Part shown: in pieces, positions 10,001-24,316 of the stretch
Position numbering within the stretch: the stretch's first letter is position 1
Layout: each line of letters begins with the position of its first letter
DNA from: Eutreptiella sp. 'Long Island Sound 2002'
Taxonomy: Eukaryota > Protista > Euglenida
DNA: 64,000 bases
Direction: 5' to 3'
Assembly: GCA_964036045.1 (NCBI GenBank)
Contig: OZ038378.1
Location: forward strand, 141,360,001 to 141,424,000
Notes under the pieces: generated by a model
Seen by the model: only the letters and a program-made list of their open reading frames with translations
Told to the model about the DNA's origin: nothing
Databases searched by the model: none
Translations under genes and position numbers: made by a program

Positions 10001-13000
10001 GACTGTCCAGGGCCCTGTAAAGATACAAAAACCAGACGGAATGTCACACAGAGGGTAACCAAGAGCGAAAGAGGCACCCACCTTCCTGAAGGAACAGGCA
10101 ATCCCCAGGGGGCAGGGCGTATGCTCCACTCAGCAGAGGCCTGTCTCACGTACACCACATAAACCCCCACATGCGCGCGCACACCCAGCACACCCCATGC
10201 ACACCCTGACAATGGGATGCCATACCTGTGCCCCATGTCGTCGCGCTGCAGCAGTTGAAAGACTGCGGGGCCATGACGCGCATGATAATCTGCAGAGGAT
10301 GTTATGGGCAGGGCAGGTCAGGAATTAGGACCCGCATCGCATGATTCAGTGAGCAGGACCAGTCACTGGGAGTGCGGCTCAGTGTGATTCCTATACAACA
10401 GTCATTAAACTCGATTCCAATGTTCCTGATCTCGCGTGGGATTTCAAAAAGTTCAGGTTTGCGCATTAAAAACAACGAAGTAAACAGATGAAAATATTCA
10501 ATCTTCTTCAGAATGCAAAACTGAAATATTGAAGGACTAAAGAGTAGCTCAATTTCTCCTAAAACTGAGAGAATTATAAAAACATGTGCCTATTGATCAT
10601 TTGGTGGTCCCTATCAGTCGAAACAGAGAAAAAGACCAAAGACCGGTAAATGGCTTGGTTTGATTTTATCCATCTAAAATGAGTCCAGTGACTGTGGTGT
10701 ATCTGGGCATCTGAACGCGCCGGCATCAACTTGTGAGTACGCCCCAGCGGTGAAGCTGCACACCAGATCGCCGCATTGTTGGGTCCATATCATCCGCATC
10801 CCTCGTCCTATCTGATCACACATCAGATGTGGAAGGGTTCGTCCTAGTCGCACTGCAAGTAGAGGCCAGCCCTACTCGGTTCACACATGGTTGCGTGGAT
10901 GGGTGTCTCAAACCCAATGTGCCGGCCCTACCTACGTGAATTGGCCCGGGCTGTGTGCTCTCTACTGTCCCACCCAACTCAACAAAGAGTGGCGCAAGTG
11001 GGTTCACGGTGCGTCGAGTGTGGGGGTGTGGGGTGTTTGGTGTGAGTTTTTGTGTGCCATGTGTGACGTTTGAGATGAGATGTGTGGTGCGTGGTGTGGT
11101 GTGTGACGTGTAATGTGGGAAGCCAGCGATGGATACGGATGCCACAAGCGGGAGTGAGGGGAGAGGGTCGTACCTTTGACTTTGAGTGCACTTGAGTGCA
11201 CAAGGTCCTGCATTTTGGGGCTCAGCTGCAATGAACATTCCATAATGTTGCCGGTGGCTTTGGGGCTGTCGGCATCCTGAAACTCCACAATCATGGACAC
11301 GTTCCGGGAGCCCCTGGAAAGCTCCCCCATGGTGTTGTAACTGGCGGGCCTTCCTTCGGAGCTGGGACTCATGACCTGCACCTCAGGTTCCTGGTGCCCC
11401 CGTGGTGAGACAGGGTCTCCCCGTTCGGTGTCTGTGGAAGCACTGCACAAGGACGTGGAACAGGCATTTCACAATTACCCATCAGGTCAGGAGGCGTTGC
11501 ATGTGGGATCTGGCAGATCAGGCAGCAGAACACAGAAAAAAAGAAAAAAAAGAAAAGAAACTCGAACATATGCTCTAAATGGCTCAAAACAAAATTAAAC
11601 AACTTACAAAACATCTGCCAGCGAAAGCACGGTGCAAAACATGCAAAAACCGGTCGCAAACAAAAAAATCAACACCATAAAACGCAATTAAAAACATCGT
11701 CATTGATATGCTTGTCATGCACGTACCTGTCTTGTAGTCAGTGTTGTCACGTAGCTTGAGAAAACCATGCCGCGAGCACCGAATAGGATGAGATAGCACC
11801 AGAAAAGCACCAAACAACAACAAAAAGGGCAAGCAAGCACACAGCGCACTGGTGCAGCACAGCACACAGCACAGCACCGACATCGACACACATGACCCGC
11901 CCTGCCCTACCAGATTTGTGTATACTTCTCCATGTACCACTCCCTTTCCCCTTGTTGCCTTGCCCCCGCCTGTGCCACTATCAGCAAGAACACAGATCCA
12001 TTCAACCAATGGACCCAAGCACAGGGTACAACAGCTCTAGCCCCCCTTAGGACTGAACAGCCCCCCAGGCTATGCCTACAGGCTGCACCACTAATGGTCC
12101 AGCCATGGCGGTTGCAAGTGTGGGCACCCACTCCTAACGGCAAGAGGCAATGGGTTCGCCTAAGCAACAGGATTCCTCCCCTGACTCCATGCTTCCATGG
12201 TTGGGGGAGTGGGTCACCATAGTCACAACAACCAAAAATCAAGGCTGCTTGTGAGGCCACCAACACTAGATAGGAGCCGGGAGACAGGTGACTGGAAATC
12301 CCCAGCAACTCACTGGGGTAGATCACTTCCATGAGCCCCTAACACCCTGGTCGAGCAGGGGCTCCAAGTGCTACGGAGTGTAGCACACCATCGGGTCGGC
12401 CCAGTGCCACTCCATTGAGCAACCGGTGGTCACTCCAAATGCTCTCCGCAAAGGGCTAAAGGGGTGTGAAAATTGCAGAAGCCTCAGCAAAGGCGTAGGT
12501 GGCCTGGTGTGCTTCAAGTAGTAGCAACAAGGTCAGCCTAGAATCCCACGTCAGCCTAGAATCGCACAAGTAAAGTTGCGAGGATGGGTCCATGCCAGCC
12601 CCCTAGGTCAGTAAGGGTACACAGTGGGGCATAGCTCCCCCCACCTCCTCCTCCAACCCCAAGGTGCCATGGCTGAGCGAACTTTTTACTTCCACACGAA
12701 TTCGCGATATGTACCCACAGTATTTGAACCACGGATATGCATTTGATCGCGAACGGCACCAATTGTGCGCAAATGGTTACCATAATGCGCATTCTTCAGA
12801 CTGAGGACTGCATTACGCATTGTATCCAACAATTGATTGGACCACGTCGCAATGGGCCGCAATGGGCATCAACATTGTCATCGATCCACTTTTGCAAGGC
12901 TTGCATGGCGATACAAGGGGGCACGAGAAAGAGAGGACGGAACAGCCCACTGGACAATCTGGGGGTCGAAAAAAGATACGCATGTAGGAAGACTACAAGC

Positions 13001-14190
13001 TCTATTGGGCTTTGCACCTGTCACATGCAAAAGGGCATATTACCCCGGTGTATACATACACTTTGTGAATGGTATTTCGCTTAGCACGCTTTACAAGGGG
13101 GTTGGGCATCGCGACTCCACACTGATGAGGAGCCCCGGGCCTTCCCGGTCATCGGTTTTCTTTTTCCCCCTCTCCGGCTGGAATATTGAAGTTGCACACA
13201 ACTGCCGGTTGGGGTTGGAGGCCAGTGCATACGTATGGCCGTAGCAACTTGAGGTGGTGGCCTTGGACCACACAGTGCCAGGCTACAAGCACCTCTCCCG
13301 GCTTACACCACACATTCAATGCACAAGCTTGACCTCCAAACTAGCAGTGTTGCTTTGCAATGGAGATGTATTAGCCACATTTGAGCAAAAAAGAGTGTTA
13401 TGTGGTGTTACCGGGTGGTGGGTGGTGCGGCCTCACACTCGGACCCAAAATTCGTCTCGTGGGAAAAATTGCCACCCATACCCCCCTTGGGGGTATGATG
13501 CGGGGGGCAGCCAACACAGTGTCACGGCCACCCCCCCACTAGGCAAAGGCGCTGGGGCCCAAGGTAACCCATGACCTCATTGTCTGTAGGAGGGTTAGGG
13601 TAATCAATTGCTAGCACGCATGCACATGGGGTTGCCGAGGTGAGCTTCCGAACTACATACGTACAACACAAAACAAGAGCAACGGTGCTTGGGTTATCCA
13701 CGCCCCACGATATGTGCACCTAAAGACGAAAAAATGGATCGGAGGGTGCACTTGCATGAGGGGAAATCATGATGAAAACATGACTGGGCACCCCATTGTG
13801 CACATGCACATGTTACACATCGGCAAAGAGGAAGTGTCACACACATAAGAGGGGGGAAAGTGAAGCCGGAGGTTGAAGGTAACCCCCAGAAAGTCCAATT
13901 AGCATAGCGGCCTAAAATAGAAAATGCACTTTCATTGTCGGTCCCCCACATGCACTGCACCATATCATGGGTCTGTGGCTCTTCACCCTTGAATGACGAA
14001 TAAGCTCCTTCGTCAACTCAAGGATAGAGAGTCCAAAACATCCAAGCAATAGTACATTGCATGTGTATTCATAGGGTATCATCCATGCCCACGGGACTCG
14101 GTGTGGCCAATTTCTTCGTGTATGCTTCGATGCCATTCGCAGAGCATCGCTGAAGGACACTATTGCATGCACGAAGAGCAAAAAGAAAAT

Positions 14191-17100
14191 GCCTTCTCGG
14201 GAGCCCAAAAGAGGGCGGAGTGCTCGTCATTCCTGCATCCTCCGGGACCCCCAAACAAAGGGGTACAAAGTGAGAAGTGGCTACCTCACCCCTGCCTTCT
14301 CGGGGGCCCAAAAGAGGGGAAAAATGCTATGTCACCTTTGCATTCTTGGGGATCCCCAAACGAAGGGGGACAAAATTAGTGGTTGCCTCACCCTGCCTTC
14401 TCGGGGGCCCAAAAGAGGGCAGAAATGCTATGTCAACCCTGCAGTCTCGGGGATCCCGAAACAAAGGGGGACAAAATCAGAAGTGGTTGCCTCAACCCTG
14501 CCTTCTCAGTGGCCCATAAGAGGGCAGAAATGCTACATCAACCCTGGATTCTCAGGGTACACCAAACAAAGGGGGATAAAATTGGAAAGGGGCTACCTCA
14601 CCGCGGCCTTCTCGAGGGCCCAAAAGAGGGCGGAAATGCTACGTCACCCTTGCATTCTCGGAGATCCCCAAACAAAGGGGGACAAAATCAATGGCTGCCT
14701 CACCCCTACCTTCTAAGGGGCCCAAAAGAGAGCAGAACTGCTACACCACCCCTGCATTCTCGGGGATCCCCAACGAAAGGCGGACAAAATAAGAATTGGT
14801 TGCCGCACCCCTGCCTTCTTGGGGGCCCAAAAGGGGGCGGAAATGCTATGTCACCGCTGCATTCTCGGGGATCCCAAAACAAAGGGGGACAAAATCAGAA
14901 GTGGTTGCCTCACCCATGCCTTCTCGGGGGCCCAAAAGAGGGCGGAAATGCTACGTCACCCCTGCATTCTCGGGGGTCCCCAAACAAAGGGAAGACAATC
15001 ACAAGTGGCTGCCTCACCGCTGCCTTCTCGGGGGCCCAAAAGAGGGCGCCACCCCTGCATTCTCAGGGATCCCCAAACAAAGGGGGACAAAATGACAATT
15101 GGTTGCCACAGCCCTGTCTTCTGACTGCACGGGTGACATAGCATTTCCGCACTCTTTTGGGCCCCTGAGAAGGCAGGGTTGAGACAACCACTTTTAATTT
15201 TGTCCCCCTTTGTTTGTGGATCCCCGAGAATGCAGGGGTGACATAGCGCTTCCGCCCTATTTTCGGCTCCTAAAATGGCAGGGGTGAGCAGCCACTTTTG
15301 ATTTTGTTCCCCTTTGTTTCGGGGCTCCCCAAGAATGCAGGGGTGATGTAGCATTTATGGCCTCTTTCGGGCCCCCGAGAAGGCACGGGTGAGGCAACCA
15401 CTGATTTTGTCCCACTTTGATTGGGGATCTGCAAGAATGCAGGGGTGGCGTAGCGTTTGTGCCCTCTTTTGGGCCCCGGAGAAGGCAGGGGTGAGGTAGA
15501 CACTTCTGATTTTGCCCCCCTTTGTTTGGGGATCTCGGAGAATGCAGGGGTGATGTAGCATTTCCGCCCTCTTTTGGGCCCCCGAGAAGGCAAGGGTGAG
15601 GTAGCCACTGATTTTGTCCCCGTTTGTTTGGGGACCCCCGAGAATGCAGGGGTGACATAGCATTTCCGCCCTCTTTTGGGCCCCCAAGAAGACAGGGGTG
15701 AGGCAACCAATTCTGATTTTGTCCCCCTTTGTTTGGGGATCCCCGAGAATGCGAGGGTGGCGGCATAGCATTTCCGCCCTCTTTTGGCCCCCGAGAAGGT
15801 AGGGGTTAGGCAGCCACTTGTAATCTTCCCCCTTTTGTCTGGGGACCCCCGAGATTGTAGGGTTCACGTAGCACTTCCGCCCTCTTTTGGGCCCTCGAGT
15901 AGGGGTGAGGTAGCCACTTATAAATTTGTCACCCTTTGTTTGGGTATCCCCGAGATTGTAGGGGTGACGTAGCATTTCCGCCCTCTTTTGGGCCCCCGAG
16001 AAGGCAAGGGTTAGGCAGCCACTTCTGCGTTTGCCCCCTTTTGTTTGGGGACCCCCGAGAATGCACGGGTGACGTAGCATTTCCGCTCTCTTTTAGGCCC
16101 CCATAAGGCAGGGGTGAAGCAGCCACTTCTGATTTTTTCCCCTTTTTTGGGGGATGCCCGAGAATGTAGGACTGATGTACCATTTCCCCCCTCTTTTGGG
16201 CTCGGGGATCCCCAAACAAAAGGGGTCAAAATCACACTGGCTGCCTCACTCGTGCATTCTTGGGGGCCCAAAAGAGGGCGGAAATGCTACGTCACCCTTG
16301 CATTCTCGGAGATCCCCAAACAAAGGGGGACAAAATCACAATTGGCCACCTCAGCCCTACCTTCTCGGGGGCCGAAAAAAAGGCGGAAATGCTATGTCAC
16401 CCTTGCGTTCTCGGGGATCCCCAACCAAAGGGGGACAAAATCAGAATTGGTTGCCTCACCACTGCCTTCTCGGGGGCCCAAAAGAGGGCGGAAATGCTAC
16501 ATCACCTGTGCATTCTCGGCGATCCCCAAACAAATGGGGACAAAATCAGAAGTGGCTGCCTCACCCCTGCCTGCGCGGGGGCCCAAAAGAGGGCGGAAAT
16601 GCTACATCACCCATGCATTCTTTGAGATCCCCAAACAATGGGGGGCAAAATCACAATTGGCCACCGCACCCCTGCCTTCTCGGGGGCCGAAAAAAAGGCG
16701 GAAATGCTATGTCACCCTTGCGTTCTCGGGGATCCCCAAACAAAGGGGGACAAAATGAGAATTGGTTGACTCACCACTGCCTTCTCGGGGGCCCAAAAGA
16801 GGGCGGAAACGCTACATCAACCATGTATTCTTTGAGATCCCCAAACAAAGGGGGGCAAAATCACAATTGGCCACCTCACCCCTGCCTTCTCGGGGGCCGA
16901 AAAAAAGGCGGAAATGCTATGTCACCCTTGCGTTCTCGGGGATCCCCAAACAAAGGGGGACAAAATGAGAATTGGTTGCCTCACCACTGCCTTCTCGGGG
17001 GCCCAAAAGAGGGCGGAAACGCTACATCTCCCATGCATTCTCCGAGATCCCCAAACAAGAGGGGACAAAATCATACTTGACTACCTCACCTTTGCCTTCT

Positions 17101-17695
17101 CGGGGGCAGAAAAAAAGCGGAAATGCTGTGTCACCCCTGCGTTCTCGGGGATCCCCAAACAAAGGGAAACAAAATGAGAATTGGTTGCCTCAGCCCCGCC
17201 TTCTCGGGGGCCCAAAAGAGGGTGTAAGTGCTATGTCACCCTTGCATTCTCGGGGATCCCCAAACAAAGGGGGACAAAATCACAAGTAGCTGCCTCAACC
17301 TTGCCCTCTTAGGAGCCCAAAAGGGGGCGGAAATGCTACGTCAACCCTGCATACTTGGGGATCCCGAAAAAAAGGGGGACAAAATAAGTGGCCGCCTCAC
17401 CCCTTCCTTCTCGGGGGCCCAAAAGGGGGCGGAAATGCGATATCACCCCTGCATTCTCGGGGATACCCAAACAAAGGTGGACAAAATCAGTGGTTCCCGT
17501 GCCCCTGCCTTCTCGGGGCCCAAAAGAGGGGGGAAATGCTACGTCACCCATGCATTCTCGGGGATCCCCAAACAAAAAGGGACAAAATCAGAAGTGGCTA
17601 CGTCACCCCTACGTTCTCGGGGGGCCAGAAGAGGGCGGAGATGTTGTGTCACCCCTCCATTCTCGGGCGCGGGGACAAAATCAGAAGTTGCCCAC
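14191..17695. repeat. 105-bp satellite array (about 33 units), with an inverted central block at about 15124-16200
   Basis: Landmark ccca/ccga recurs at 16267, 16372, 16477, 16582, 16687, 16792, 16897, 17002 and 17107 (exact 105-bp spacing). The block 15124-16200 reads as the reverse complement. Confidence 0.95.
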
Positions 17696-17749
17696 AACTG
17701 GGCACATCACCTACAGGCATGCATTTTCACTAAAATCGGTAGGTTTTTT

Positions 17750-18015
17750 TTATGGGGTAAACGCGTGTAGGAAAAAATCGTCACATGGTGCAATTTTTTT
17801 TCGCGGTAAGTCGTGTAATTGTTTTCTGCGGTAAATGCGTGTAACAAAAAAAAAATCATCACGTAATTTCTTTTGCGGTAAACGTGTGTACAAAAAATCG
17901 TCTAGTCGTGTAAATTGGTTTTTGCGGTAATGCGTGTGACGGGCTTACACGACTTACTACCAAAAGAAATTACACAACTAAACTACTTTTTTGTTACACG
18001 CATTTACCGCAAAAA
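17750..18015. repeat. AT-rich motif cluster with inverted arms
   Basis: gcggtaaatgcgtgtaacaaaaaa (about 17828-17851) is mirrored by ttttttgttacacgcatttaccgc (about 17987-18010). Several degenerate gcggtaa-cgtgt copies lie between. Confidence 0.7.
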
Positions 18016-18304
18016 AAAATATACACGAATTACAACATACACGATGAGGAGGCGTTGCGCAATAATTTTGACCATTGGGATTTGGGGTCTCAGAACCCTT
18101 CACCCTATTTGTAGGTCCACTAGCATCAGTTTTATGCTATTTTCCGCTATCTTTGAACCATTCCCCGGAACAAATCTTATCAAGTGAGTGCTTTACTGAG
18201 ATAAGGTCTGTAAAGAGTTTCTTTATGGGGGGTGGCTGAAAGCACTCCTAGTGTCCCTCAACATGCGTCCTTATTCAGCCCCTTTTACCGGTGTACCCGA
18301 TTTC

Positions 18305-18343
18305 CCCTCCCCCACCAGCTCGGTCCCAATATTCAGTCTTGAT
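18305..18343 (+). mobile_element. Orphan 3' terminus of the asymmetric-TIR family
   Basis: ccctcccccaccagctcggtcccaatattcagtcttgat is identical to the last 39 bp of the 3.5-6.9 kb units and is followed by tagagggtt. The upstream sequence is unrelated. Confidence 0.85.
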
Positions 18344-21300
18344 TAGAGGGTTGTAAAGGGTCATAAGGGCTTCGGTCACTCGGTCGGCCGCATACGTACT
18401 TGAGATGCATTGCATTAATTCTTGATTTTTTTATTTTCTTATTTCTATGTTTCTCAATGATGTAGTGGTACGTGTGTTGTGTGTTTTCCTTTTTTTCTGT
18501 TGAGTTAGCGAGCGAATACAAATTTTCGTGCTTTCAATGGGTATGTGAACATTGTTTGGTATGGGCAGCTGGCCAAATGTTACAATATGAAGCATCAAAA
18601 AAACATCTTAAAAACCTGTTGTTCCACCACTGAGCCTTTCACCTTATAGAAATATCCACTCTCCATAACAGTGACCACAGATGCCCGCAACTGACCGACC
18701 TGGTTGACCGTGGTTGCAGTTCGTTGCTGTCTGCCCCTTGGGTCCCATGCATCCTCTCCCACATGCATGAAAATGTGCATTGTTGCAACGCATCTGGCTT
18801 CGAGGCTCTGACTTGTTCTCAGCCCCTCTAGTGCCTTGATACTGGCATTTCCTGCTCCCTTTCCAACCTACCTCTATTGGTAGTGCAGAAAATAGCTTGC
18901 AAATGCTCCCATTCATCATTATTTATCATCTTTGAGGGTGCCCACGGGCACACATGGCAATCCATTATAGCAAAAGAACATGGGGCAAATATAAGGCGAA
19001 AAATGGCTCAAAATAGCCTTAACCACTTGTTTGAGCAACCCAGATGGTCTGGGAACAACTTGGGAAAAAATCGTTCTGGACCACTTTTTGACCTACAACG
19101 AACCTTGCTTACCCTACCCTAGCAGGTGTGGTGCCCATGGGGTATTGAAGCGTGTTAGGGGTGCAAAAATAGCTTGCAAACGCTCCCATTCATCATTATT
19201 TACCATCTTGAGGGTGTCCAAGGGAAGAGGTAGCTCCACCCTAGACCCTGGAGAGGGTTCTGAAACCTTACTAGTTCCACCACCTCAGTGAATGCCTCTA
19301 TAATCCTCTACAACCCTCTATAATGCTATCTACCCTTGAAACCCCTCTACAGCCCTCTACAACCCTCTACAACCTTCTGCAACCCTCTATGCCAACAACC
19401 CTCCACAACTGTCTACAACCCTCTTGTCCCTCTACAACCAGCTCTAACCACCTTCAACCCTCTAACGACCATCCACAACCCTCTCCAACATTCTCTGACC
19501 CTATCGAAATTCAACCAACACAATTGTCATTGCACAGCTGGCTCATTGCTCGCAAGGTACCTTCAATTGGAAAGGTGGGACGGGAAAAGGAAAAGGAGGT
19601 TCGATGATAGTTGGGATTCGGAGAGACCTAGTGGCATCGTCGTTATCCTTGTCGGTGTCCATGCCACAAGCCATACGCAGGGCCTTGCCACGTGCCGCAA
19701 ACAGGTTGTCAAAGCGAAATGCAAGCTGCGGGGGAACGTACATACCCCCGCCTCCCCCGCGACAGTACCGCAGGGGGCCGGCCGGCAAAAGGGAGAGCAG
19801 TGCGGCGCGACTGGGAGTGTGGGTGGTCGGCAGGCCCTGCGTGTCATCCAACGTCCAGCTGCAGAGAACAGGAAAACCATGCAGGCAAGGGCTCATCAGG
19901 GATTGTCAAGAAGCATGACTGCAAGCACCAAGTGCCCCCCCGTGCAGTGGTGCCACAAAGACCAGGTACCCCCCACACATGTGCTGACCTGCATCAATGC
20001 ATGAATGCTCACTTCACTGGCAGCTGCTGTGAAAGGAACAAAGATGTTCCTGTGCAATTCTGATTTTCACTTTCGCCTGAACCCCACCCCCTTAAGTCCC
20101 ACTGCACCCAAAGTCAGATGGGTCAAATGCGCCCTCCACCACTGGGGAAGAAGGCCTACCGGGAAGATGCTATCTTGATTGGGTAGACAGCAAGTGTATC
20201 AAACCATGAGGTTGTATACTACAACCATTCACTCAAATTGTGCAGCGAGTGTGACAACATCGGTTGTGTGCTTGTACATCGATTTTTGCCGAGACTCTTA
20301 GTTCAGCAATGGCCCCACCTACCTTGCTATTTCCCCCCAAGATAGAGCCCTTCATTCATGACATTCAAAAATCCTTGATTTAGAGGGTGTCCTCAACATG
20401 GTACACACACACACACACATTGTGTGCACAAGCATTGTGCACCAACAGTATACCCCTTGTGCACCCGTTGCACAATGATGTAGAGGCGTTCATGGGTGCA
20501 CACAAGTGTGGTAACCTGCATGTTGTCACGCTGCAGGGTATGTTTTTGGGTTGGTGTTATGTGTGTGTCCTCTTAGGTGTGTTGCTCTGTGCGCCCCGCC
20601 CCACCTGAGCATCTCAGGGCCCTTGAATACATTGCCTTTTTGCACTAGTGGCTGACTAGTGCAGGCGGGTTCAGGGCTTCAATAGAGTCTTATCTTAACC
20701 ATAGTCGGCCATTTGGCTATTTGACTCTATCGTAGCTGTGTTGTGCACTCTGTGTGGTGGGTTGTGGCGAGGTTGCCACATGCGCCCTTTTTAGGCCATT
20801 GCCAGAGTTATGCTCTGATTCAAATTTGTTATTCTACATTTTTCCTACCATACATTGACAAGTGGAGGGTATGTGCCCCAAGCAACAGCCAAGCACGAGG
20901 TGATGTGTGCTCCCATGCCCATCTGATGCAAGAGTTTGGCCGTCTTTTGCACAAGTGTGCCACACATGGTTCGTTTGCCCATTTGTATGGTTATTGTACA
21001 TCTGCACTATTTACGTGGTTTGTATGATTGAGTTCATGCGGAACGATATGGCGTTGAGTGCGGTAGACCTCGACCGCTTTTGACGTAAGCCACCGTCACA
21101 TTCATGTACCCATGTGTCGTATGTTGTGGCATGGAGTACAATGACTGCATGTTGAGAACTACAGTTCCATATTCTGGTAAACCCACCTACGCTGCTTATG
21201 AGTGATGTTGTGGCATAGGATGGCGGATGGTTGCAATCCAACGGGCCATCGAGTGCTATTTTGTGTGGTGTTGAAGGATGGGAGGGCCTAGGAGGGCATG

Positions 21301-24300
21301 TGCTTTGCCAACCCCCAACAATGGTTGCGTATCTATTTCTTTTGAAAACCGCCAATTTCACACACACACACACACACACAGCTACATCCTTGTGTCAACA
21401 ACATATCCAACGTGGGCTGTGCATGTGTGCTGGGGCTGCACAGGCATTGTGCACCACCCGAATCATAGTGCACCTACCACACACAAACAAAATAGAGAGA
21501 GGGTTGGAGTCTCGAGCACTTGGCGTGGTGTCCCTGAGATCAATTCAGGTGGAGACAAATGAATATCGTGCACTTACACTTACACTTTACATCAAAGCAC
21601 TTTGTGTCATCCGCCTGCAAAGTGAAGCCAGGACAGGGATGAAATTGCTCTGCAGGGGGGGGGGGTGGGCAAACGCCCATCGAGGGGGCTTTGAGGTACG
21701 CCAAAATTTCTGACTCAAAATGGCCCCCATAAAGCCTTGATCATTTTGAATGATATATCATGCAGAGAAAAATTTGTCCGAAGAAAATTCCGAGTATATT
21801 GAGTATAGACACATGGGGTGAAAACACATTTTTTTCTCTTTGCCACATCAAGCAAAATTTGCCTACGGCGCCTTTGGCGCCAATGGTCCGGCACGTTCCT
21901 CCCAATTTCAAGGGAGGGTGGGGGGGGGGGGGGGTTGGTGTCAAGGACCCGACCCAGGTGACCCCCCCCCCCATGTTGAGGCCGTTGGTTAGATGCACCA
22001 GCTACCAAATAGTGCCCGGGTGTTTGGGGGGAGGGGGGTTGGCACACATGAGGTGCAAGGGGGGGAGGTGGCAAAAAGGCGCAAAGAAGGGGGCGATTTG
22101 GCACGCAACAGGTACACAATGGGGGCTGGTGCACGAGGCACAGGTTGGGGGTTGGCACAGGGGTAGCCCTTTTCCGGTGACCCGTTTTTGACCCAAAAAA
22201 AATCCCAAAAAGGCTTCAAAATGGACCATTTCAGGACCAAAGCAGGTTCTGGGGGCTCAAAAACATATTTTTCCAAAAAAGAGCCTGGACCACTTGGGGT
22301 GTTTTTTGCACTTGTATTTTGGCCTAATCGGAGCCATACAATGACACATCTTAGGTGGCACCAATGTACAGCAGCTATCTTCACATCACTGCGTGGGGAT
22401 ACCAACATGGGGGACCAACAGACACAGAGAGTGCACGCTGTGCTGTCTGTGTGTTTCTTGTGCCACATGCACCCACATCTTTCTGGTATGCAGCTTCTTT
22501 TGGGTGCCACATCCAGGTAGGCTGAGAGTGTAATATTTGTCCAATTGCTCACAAGTGCAGCCTTGTGCACCTGTAGGTAGCGGCTGCTCCCCTGCCAGTG
22601 CTGACAGGCTTCACATTCAGTCACCAGATCACCAGATGGCATACAAGTGGTGTGCTGCATTTCAAGTTTTTTTTTGGTATCAGTGTTTCTGGTTCTTTGC
22701 ACCCAAAGGCAACGGATGGAAAATTCTGTATGTGGTCAGTAACAAAACTGGGCTTTTAACCCCCTATTTCTTCCCCACTTAACTCTCCTGAGGACTGTGG
22801 TCGGTAAGCACACAAAAGACATGTCACTGAAAACGAGTTGTACAAAAGGGTAAGCAACTAGCCTTGTAGAACACCCTACAATGATGCCATGTGTGCTTTC
22901 ATTTTGATACTGTGTGTCGCACGTGTGCACCGAAAGAAAGCTGTCGCCAACCAGCAACTGCTGTCAGTCAATGTGGCCCTGGAGGGCTTTGAGTCACCTC
23001 AGAATATTTGACTTCCCTTGTCCTCAAGTGGCATAGGCACCAGGACATCGCACAAACAAGTACCCGTGTTTTGTGCTGGCAATTGATGCCACCTCTATTC
23101 TGCTGCTGCTTGTGCTCAAGCGAAACTGTCCGGCGTTTTCGAGGCGTTCTAAATGCTCGAGATTGTGCCAAAGAATTCTCATGCGGCTCCAGTGGCATCG
23201 GAGCAGCCTCCTCAGGGCATAAGGAAGCACTCGCATGTGGGTGTGGTTTGGGGTGTCCCTACACCCAGATACAACCCCTCCCCCCTGCACCCAAAAATCA
23301 GGATACAAGCACATCAGCAGATGCAAAGGGGGAAGGGGGGGGGGGCAGGGCGTTGCTTGAGGGGAGGGGAAAGGGGGGGAGGGGGTCCAGGGGAGGGAGG
23401 GAGGGGGTCCAGGGGGGAGGGGTCCCCCCCCCCTGCCGAAGTGAACCATATCCACCAGGAATTGCAAAAATGCACCACACTGACGCATTCAGATATACAT
23501 TTGTCATAATGTCTGAAGACAGGTAATCAACTGATCTTTTTGGGTTCATAGATTGTGCCCTCACCCAAACACCACCAGGCAACACAAACAGGAAACACGG
23601 AGGAATGCTCATTGTTATCAAATTGTTTGCTGAAGATCAATCAGAGTTTGACTCACCTGAGCTGGACTCACCAATGCCATCCTCTCCTGAACTGCAGTTT
23701 TGTCGTGCCATTATGGCTGCTCGTCTTATAAACTCGGACAGAGTTGCCCTTGGAGTGTTAAGAAAAAGTGTGGAACATGCTTTCTGTACAACATTGTACG
23801 CCTCTTGCCTTTTCTTCCCAGTCCATCTATCTTGGAAGCAAAAATAGAGGGTCGCGTTCATGACGTCGTCGCGATTTACGCGGGGACACCGCTGTACCGG
23901 TGCTAAAGAACGTACTTATGGGACACTGGGGCATGGTGTCTGCAACAGGGGGAAGAAATGATACGAGTGGAGTGACCAAAGAACCCAACCATAGGTGCAC
24001 CGAAGGCGCAGGAGGAAAAAATTGGCCCAAACGAAAAAAGGTTCCCAGAACCCTGATTCTCAGGTGAATTAAAGCGGAGGGGGGAGGGAGGGAGGGGGTC
24101 CAGGGGGAAGGGGTCCCCCCCCTGCCGGAATGAAAATTAAAGCAACGCCCTGGGGCGGGGGTGGGGGTCAAGTAGGCCCCTCAAAACGAGGGGCCGGACC
24201 GGATTGCGGAAAGGGACTCATGAACAGCGCCGTGACAAACTCCCAGCCAATGGTCCCGGCCACTGGGCAGGCGCGTGAAGGGGCATCGCCGCACCAGAGG

Positions 24301-24316
24301 TCCCACCACCGCAGAC

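Noticed and set aside
10400-10700. AT-rich island as an organellar insertion read with TGA=Trp
   Set aside because: The frame hits TAA at 10675-10677 and no organellar protein or rRNA motif was recognised.
14191-17695. CRISPR-like array
   Set aside because: The whole unit repeats with no unique spacers, there are no cas genes and the context is eukaryotic.
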